64,000 nt of DNA from a virus: the IMG/VR virus record IMGVR_UViG_3300013137_000013, positions 1 to 64,000 of that record, one strand, 5' to 3'. The notes under the pieces were generated by a model that saw only the letters and a list, made by a program, of their open reading frames with translations, did not search any database and was not told where the DNA came from. Each line of letters begins with the position of its first letter. The first letter of the stretch is position 1. The position numbers were made by a program, and so were the translations under genes. Shown piece by piece: positions 59,175 to 64,000 of this stretch.

Positions 59175-59942
59175 ATGAAAATTAAAAAATCTATCGTAGA
59201 ACAGATAATAAAAGAAGAAGCTGTAAAAGTTAAGAAACTTATTTCTTTAAACGAAGAAAAAAAGGTTATTCTCAAACAGCTCAACGAATTATATGAAGAA
59301 CAACCAGAAGAAGAGCCAGTAATGGAAGAAGATTCAATTTTAAGTTTGATTCCAGACCCAAAAGACCAGCAAATCGCACAACAAGACATTCAACAGGCAC
59401 AGCAAACTGGACAACAAGCCACACCAACTACATTAGAAGAAGAAATGCTAAGTGAAGCTATGGGTGGAGTATTGGGAAAACTTCAAAATTTGTTACTTGG
59501 TAAATTAAAAGCCCAAAACCCAGAAGGTTTTGAACAAGCTGCAGATGCTGTTGGACAGAAATATGCTAACGCATCATATGCAGATATATTCAAAAGTGTT
59601 AAAGCAGCAGCACAGCCTGTAATGGAAGAAGCAGTTGCAACAGGTAAAAAAACAATGACCAAAGATGAGGCTAAATCAACAGTTGAAAAAGTTGCTGGTA
59701 AAGTCGGAAGTGCTTTAGGTATTGCAGCCCCAATCACTTACTTTGCAAGTGCTATGTGGACAGCCGCAACAGGAACAGGTTTCGGAATACCTTCAATACT
59801 TGGCATGGCATCTGGTGGTCTTTTAGCAGCAGCCGTTGTTGCTGGATTAATTTATCTTCTTGCTGTTTATTACAAACAGAAAAAGCAGCAAAAACCTGCA
59901 GCACCAGCAGCTAAAGCACCAGCCGCAGCTCCACAAGCTTAA
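59175..59942 (+). CDS. putative head-packaged protein with hydrophobic C-terminal hairpin
   Basis: MKIKKSIVEQIIKEE N-term; LNE/LEE/LSE sites; G/A-rich hydrophobic segments; TATTTATA at 59144. Confidence 0.6.
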   Translation: MKIKKSIVEQIIKEEAVKVKKLISLNEEKKVILKQLNELYEEQPEEEPVMEEDSILSLIPDPKDQQIAQQDIQQAQQTGQQATPTTLEEEMLSEAMGGVLGKLQNLLLGKLKAQNPEGFEQAADAVGQKYANASYADIFKSVKAAAQPVMEEAVATGKKTMTKDEAKSTVEKVAGKVGSALGIAAPITYFASAMWTAATGTGFGIPSILGMASGGLLAAAVVAGLIYLLAVYYKQKKQQKPAAPAAKAPAAAPQA

Positions 59943-59964
59943 TTAAATTATAGCAATTATAAAC

Positions 59965-59992
59965 AAAAAAGCCCCGCATTGGGGCTTTTTTT
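59965..59992. terminator. bidirectional intrinsic terminator
   Basis: AAAAAAGCCCC-GCATT-GGGGCTTTTTTT between convergent genes. Confidence 0.9.
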
Positions 59993-60317
59993 ATTTCTTA
60001 TCTTCTGGTTTATCTTCAGGTTCCTGAAAGTTATTATTAATACTATGAACTACGCCGTCAATCATGCCATGTACCTCAATCACTTTTTTCTTGAATAAAA
60101 ATCTATACATTAACTCAAAGAAAATTGGATAAATGATAAGAGAAAGTGTAATAAAGCCAAGCGTTTGCTGAGTGATGGAAAAATCAATCTTCATGGCAAC
60201 GGGTGCCATAAAAATGAAAAAATTAACGAAAAATCCCATACCTTTACTAAATAAGGTTTTGAGGGCAATAAGAAAAATTTTTACTATTCTCCAACCGATG
60301 TTTGCCTTTGTTTCCAT
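59991..60317 (-). CDS. small membrane protein, holin candidate
   Basis: two hydrophobic segments and a charged C-tail; divergent from the endolysin. Confidence 0.5.
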   Translation of the reverse strand: METKANIGWRIVKIFLIALKTLFSKGMGFFVNFFIFMAPVAMKIDFSITQQTLGFITLSLIIYPIFFELMYRFLFKKKVIEVHGMIDGVVHSINNNFQEPEDKPEDKK

Positions 60318-60467
60318 AATTACGTTTCTTTTGTTTGTTTCTACTAAATAATACGAAAATTAACAAAAAATGTTGCAAATTAATTATCTTTTATTTGGAA
60401 ATATTATTTTTTTTCGTATGGCGAATATTAGAAAAAAAATACCTATTTATAAAGAAATGTATTTCAT

Positions 60468-61367
60468 ATGGTAAAGTTTGGTGACATAGGTACAGAAGTA
60501 GCTGAAGTACAAAAGCTATTGTCCCTTTTAGGCTACGACTTAATAGTTGACGCTTCCTATGGTAATAAAACACTTAGGTCTGTAAATGCTTTTCAAAAAA
60601 AATATGGACTTGTTCAGGATGGGATTGTGGGCGAAAAAACGATGACTGCCTTAAAAGCGGCACAAAAAAGAACATCTAAAGAAAACGCAACTCCACTTGA
60701 TTCAGTTGATTATGGCGATTTGATAATAAAAACAGATTGTCCTATGCCAGACCAACAATATGTAAAACAAGTAACTCAAAAAAGTCAGATATTTCTTCAT
60801 TTTACCGCTGGAGGTTCCAGTGCAAAAGCCACAATAAACTATTGGACAAGCGACCCAGTCCAAGTTGCTACTGCTTATGTTATTGATGGAGACTCTGGGC
60901 TTCCATATCAAGCTTTTCATCCAGATTATTGGGGTTGGCATCTTGGGGCAAAAGGCACCAATGGGAAGCTCGATAAAGCGTCAATAGGAATAGAAATATG
61001 CGCCTTTGGTCCACTTGTTAAAAAGGGCGAAAATTATTATGCATGGCCAAACAATTACAATACAAAAGTGAATTCTTCAAATGTTTATACCTTGGATAGT
61101 CCATTTAGACAGTACACATACTATTTTAAATATACTGACAAACAAATAGAAAACCTTGAAAAGCTTTTAATATTTCTAATAAAGAAATACAATATTAAAG
61201 TACAAGAAAAATTCGATTTACAATGGCTTGAATATAATCAAGAATTACTTGATAAATGTTTGCCTGGAATATGGTCTCATACCAATGTTAGAAAAGATAA
61301 GTTTGATACATATCCAGATGCAAGATTATTTGAAATGCTCAATAGAATAGCTAAGCAATTTAATTAA
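60468..61367 (+). CDS. endolysin: peptidoglycan-binding domain + N-acetylmuramoyl-L-alanine amidase
   Basis: GDIGTEV..VQKLL..DGIVGEKT; IFLHFTAG, WHLG, SIGIEI, SHTNVRKDKFD; TATTTATA at 60444. Confidence 0.9.
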   Translation: MVKFGDIGTEVAEVQKLLSLLGYDLIVDASYGNKTLRSVNAFQKKYGLVQDGIVGEKTMTALKAAQKRTSKENATPLDSVDYGDLIIKTDCPMPDQQYVKQVTQKSQIFLHFTAGGSSAKATINYWTSDPVQVATAYVIDGDSGLPYQAFHPDYWGWHLGAKGTNGKLDKASIGIEICAFGPLVKKGENYYAWPNNYNTKVNSSNVYTLDSPFRQYTYYFKYTDKQIENLEKLLIFLIKKYNIKVQEKFDLQWLEYNQELLDKCLPGIWSHTNVRKDKFDTYPDARLFEMLNRIAKQFN

Positions 61368-61368
61368 T

Positions 61369-61662
61369 ATGACAACACAAGACGAATTAAAAGTTCGAGA
61401 ACTAATTAAATCTGCTATTGACAAAGAACTCAAAAAGCAGAAAGAAGAATTTGAAAAAAAAATTCTTCAATCAATAAAAGATAGTGAAAAAACTCAAAAA
61501 GAAGAATTTTTAAAATCTTTGAAGAAAGAAATTGATGCTTTTGATAAAAAAACTATGACAAAAGAAGACGTAAAAAACCTTATGATTAAAGCTTTTGTTA
61601 GACAAAATAGATTCATGTGGGAAAAATCAAAATTTATAACCTCTTATTTTAAAGAATTATAA
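61369..61662 (+). CDS. hypothetical coiled-coil protein
   Basis: 97 aa, tightly spaced in the late operon. Confidence 0.75.
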   Translation: MTTQDELKVRELIKSAIDKELKKQKEEFEKKILQSIKDSEKTQKEEFLKSLKKEIDAFDKKTMTKEDVKNLMIKAFVRQNRFMWEKSKFITSYFKEL

Positions 61663-61663
61663 T

Positions 61664-62362
61664 ATGGACGAAGTTGCAAGAAAAAAAGTATTAGAAATAA
61701 TCAGAAAGTCTATAGATGAAGTTGTCTATGACGAAATGAGACAAATGCCTGGCAGAATTCAAGCTAGACAAGAAGAATTTAAAAAAACCAGGTCACAAAG
61801 AGCCCAAGATGCTCACGAAGCACTATTTGGAAAAGAAGATGAAGAAGTTAACTACAGACTAAGTCTTCATGAAGAAGAAGATAAAAAACCTAAAATAACC
61901 ACCAATGAGCTCTCTCAGTTTGAAAAGGAGTTTAAAAGTCGTTTTCCCGATATTACTTTTGACAAACAAAATGCCCCTGGGCAAAATGGCCAAATTGTAG
62001 ATTTTCCAATAATAAATGGGAAAAAAGATGCTGTTGCTTCTGGTAAAATAATTATTGATAAAGAAACAGTTGGATTCACAATGTCACTATCCGACGGATT
62101 TAAAATTAAAAGCACAATTGAAAACGGTAAGCCAAAAGAGTTTGAGATTAAATCAGAAACAAAAGATGTCTTTGGAAAAATTCTTAATTTATTCGACGAA
62201 CTGTTTAAGAAAAAATTCAACGAAATTATTAATCCTATTAAAGAACCTGCAGCTGATACAATAGCTGCCCCCGAAGGAGGAGTTCCTCCAGTGGCAGCGG
62301 CAGCACCAGCACCAGCTCCAGGTGGAGAAACTGCACCTCCAACCCCAGCTCCTGGAGTGTAA
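61664..62362 (+). CDS. hypothetical protein with P/A-rich tail
   Basis: 232 aa in the late operon. Confidence 0.75.
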   Translation: MDEVARKKVLEIIRKSIDEVVYDEMRQMPGRIQARQEEFKKTRSQRAQDAHEALFGKEDEEVNYRLSLHEEEDKKPKITTNELSQFEKEFKSRFPDITFDKQNAPGQNGQIVDFPIINGKKDAVASGKIIIDKETVGFTMSLSDGFKIKSTIENGKPKEFEIKSETKDVFGKILNLFDELFKKKFNEIINPIKEPAADTIAAPEGGVPPVAAAAPAPAPGGETAPPTPAPGV

Positions 62363-62416
62363 TATAAATTAAACAACTATTTAGTTTATCCTTTTTTAGG
62401 ATTATATTTTCTTTGC

Positions 62417-62707
62417 ATGCATTCAATTCAACAAATAATAGAGAACCAAAGTAAGTTTAAAGAAGAAATTTTTTCTTTTTTTTCTAAGGAACAGGCGGAA
62501 GCCAAGCGAGTTCTAAACAATATTAAGTCGGAAGATGAATATATTGTTAAAGAAAAGAATAAATTGAAAAACAAATTTAAAAAGATTAAACAGAGCATTT
62601 ATGTAGAACGCCTGTTTTTTTTAAATTCTTCCAGAAACAAAACTTTATATGTTTGGTGGGACGAAGAAGAAAAAGATGCTAAAATTTTTAAATATGACAA
62701 AAGATAG
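62417..62707 (+). CDS. hypothetical protein
   Basis: 96 aa ORF. Confidence 0.6.
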   Translation: MHSIQQIIENQSKFKEEIFSFFSKEQAEAKRVLNNIKSEDEYIVKEKNKLKNKFKKIKQSIYVERLFFLNSSRNKTLYVWWDEEEKDAKIFKYDKR

Positions 62708-63014
62708 AAAAAACACCCAAGTTTATCTCGTTGATATTAAGTATAGACATTCCATGAACTACTTCGAAGAATGCTATGGAGAAAGTATAAATTATTCTTT
62801 CATTGAACAGGAAAGTTACATTGATTTGAAAAAAATGGTTTCTAAATTGATTAGTGAAAAAATCAAATTCAGAAAATATGAAAGAAACAAAATGGTTTTA
62901 ACGCTTAAAGTTGAAATGTTGGAAGAAGAATTAGAAAAATTGAGATATTTAATAAAAGAGAAGAAGATGAAATTTTTTCACGATTATGAAATAAGTGACA
63001 TTAGAAAACTATAA
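62694..63014 (+). CDS. hypothetical protein
   Basis: start inferred at Met 62694. Confidence 0.6.
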   Translation: MTKDRKNTQVYLVDIKYRHSMNYFEECYGESINYSFIEQESYIDLKKMVSKLISEKIKFRKYERNKMVLTLKVEMLEEELEKLRYLIKEKKMKFFHDYEISDIRKL

Positions 63015-63026
63015 AAATATTGAATT

Positions 63027-64000
63027 ATGGGACAAGAATTAACACCAGCTCAATTAGAGAGGTTAAAGCAACAAAGAGCCGCAAAGTTCAAATCTATGGG
63101 TTTGCCTGCAACTGCAGGACAATTGATGGACATTCCTGTGGAAAACATACCAGAACAAAGAACTTATGAAGAACAACCACAAGTTGTTCAAGAATCAACT
63201 CAATATGAGCAAATAGACCCACGCATCAACGTAGAAATTCCAAACCAATCAAATATTACAGAAGCAATTCAGCAACAATTGGCAGAAGAAAGAGCACAAA
63301 GACAGAGTACAATGTATACAGCACCAAGGGATAAGTTCAATGCATTAGAAACAATTAAGCGAGGTGCAAAAAAACAAGAATTTAAAACATTCATGAAGGC
63401 AGAATCCCCCAATCAAAAATTTCAAGAATTAAAAGTTCCAAACACAAAAAGAAAAGGTCAACCACAACAGCAATCGAAATCTTCAAACGCTGTTGCCCCT
63501 CAAGTATTTAATTCTTTAAAAAGTAGAGAGGAAGATATGTTAGCAAGCTTATTTACAGAGAATTCTGCTGGAATTAATATGAGTTCAACTGGGAGTGCTG
63601 CACCACAAGGAACACTTATTGAAACTGATGAAAACTACTCAAACATAGGACCATATTTTGACCCAGTTGCACACTTAAAAGCAAAAGCTGCAGAAAAGGG
63701 AATTAACATTGGCTTTTCTAAGAAAAAGCAAGTTCTACAAGAAGGTCAAACGCCTCAAATTTTTCAAGCTGGAAATTCAGAACAGCTGGACAAAATGATG
63801 TTGATGATGGAAACCATGATGAAAAGTCAGCAAAAAACTTATGACATTGAAGCCATCAGACAAGAAATCCGTACTGTTGCGAAAAAAGTTGCAGAAGATA
63901 CTATAAGAACCGTTTTAAAGGAATACTTAGAGGTTCGAAAGAAAAAACAAGCATTTGAAGTAGTTAACAAAGAACAAAACGTAGTTAAAATAGGCGAAAA
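63027..64000 (+). CDS. hypothetical protein, runs off the window end
   Basis: MGQELTPAQLERLKQQRAAKF...; frame appears open to the window edge; not in the ORF track because it has no stop. Confidence 0.75.
   Translation, partial: MGQELTPAQLERLKQQRAAKFKSMGLPATAGQLMDIPVENIPEQRTYEEQPQVVQESTQYEQIDPRINVEIPNQSNITEAIQQQLAEERAQRQSTMYTAPRDKFNALETIKRGAKKQEFKTFMKAESPNQKFQELKVPNTKRKGQPQQQSKSSNAVAPQVFNSLKSREEDMLASLFTENSAGINMSSTGSAAPQGTLIETDENYSNIGPYFDPVAHLKAKAAEKGINIGFSKKKQVLQEGQTPQIFQAGNSEQLDKMMLMMETMMKSQQKTYDIEAIRQEIRTVAKKVAEDTIRTVLKEYLEVRKKKQAFEVVNKEQNVVKIGE

Noticed and set aside
1424-62426. Many antisense or alternate-frame ORFs in the track (e.g. 3077..3418, 10649..11038, 23931..24317, 52556..52942, 61915..62376)
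   Set aside because: They lie within well-supported genes and have S/F/L/I-rich shadow composition
1-64000. Stop-codon reassignment, as seen in some large Bacteroidota phages
   Set aside because: Code 11 gives full-length genes and high coding density; TAG and TGA both end genes at sensible positions

Overview
This 64 kb window is very AT-rich, gene-dense and reads in standard code 11. It is best interpreted as part of a large, probably jumbo, T4-superfamily-like myophage that infects Bacteroidota. Host evidence: TTTG-N19/20-TAnnTTTG promoters, A-rich leaders without Shine-Dalgarno sites, and a Bacteroidota-type lipoprotein. Contents in order: acidic putative head proteins and PhoH (0-4.8 kb); an 11-gene glycosyltransferase/methyltransferase operon including a GT2-methyltransferase-GT6 (ABO-family) fusion and a GT10-like gene (4.9-13.7 kb); a KamA lysine 2,3-aminomutase; a T5 A1-like nuclease; a neck-like/HAD/GT/GT/gp55-like sigma block (16.7-22 kb); a baseplate/tail-fibre module (22-48.6 kb); a DNA metabolism block with RuvC-like, primase, Mre11-Rad50 fusion, Cas4-like nuclease, Hc1-like and SNF2 genes (48.7-59.1 kb); and a lysis/head block. 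The strongest candidate for an undescribed system is phage-encoded glycosylation of the virion: soluble GT6/GT10/GT2 enzymes and O-methyltransferases, together with a [ST]-[GA]-x-T motif enriched in baseplate/fibre proteins. A second notable signal is a putative late promoter TATTTATA, the exact reverse complement of the T4 late promoter, found with a gp55-like sigma. All family calls come from motif recognition by eye, not database searches. No tRNA, rRNA or CRISPR array was seen.
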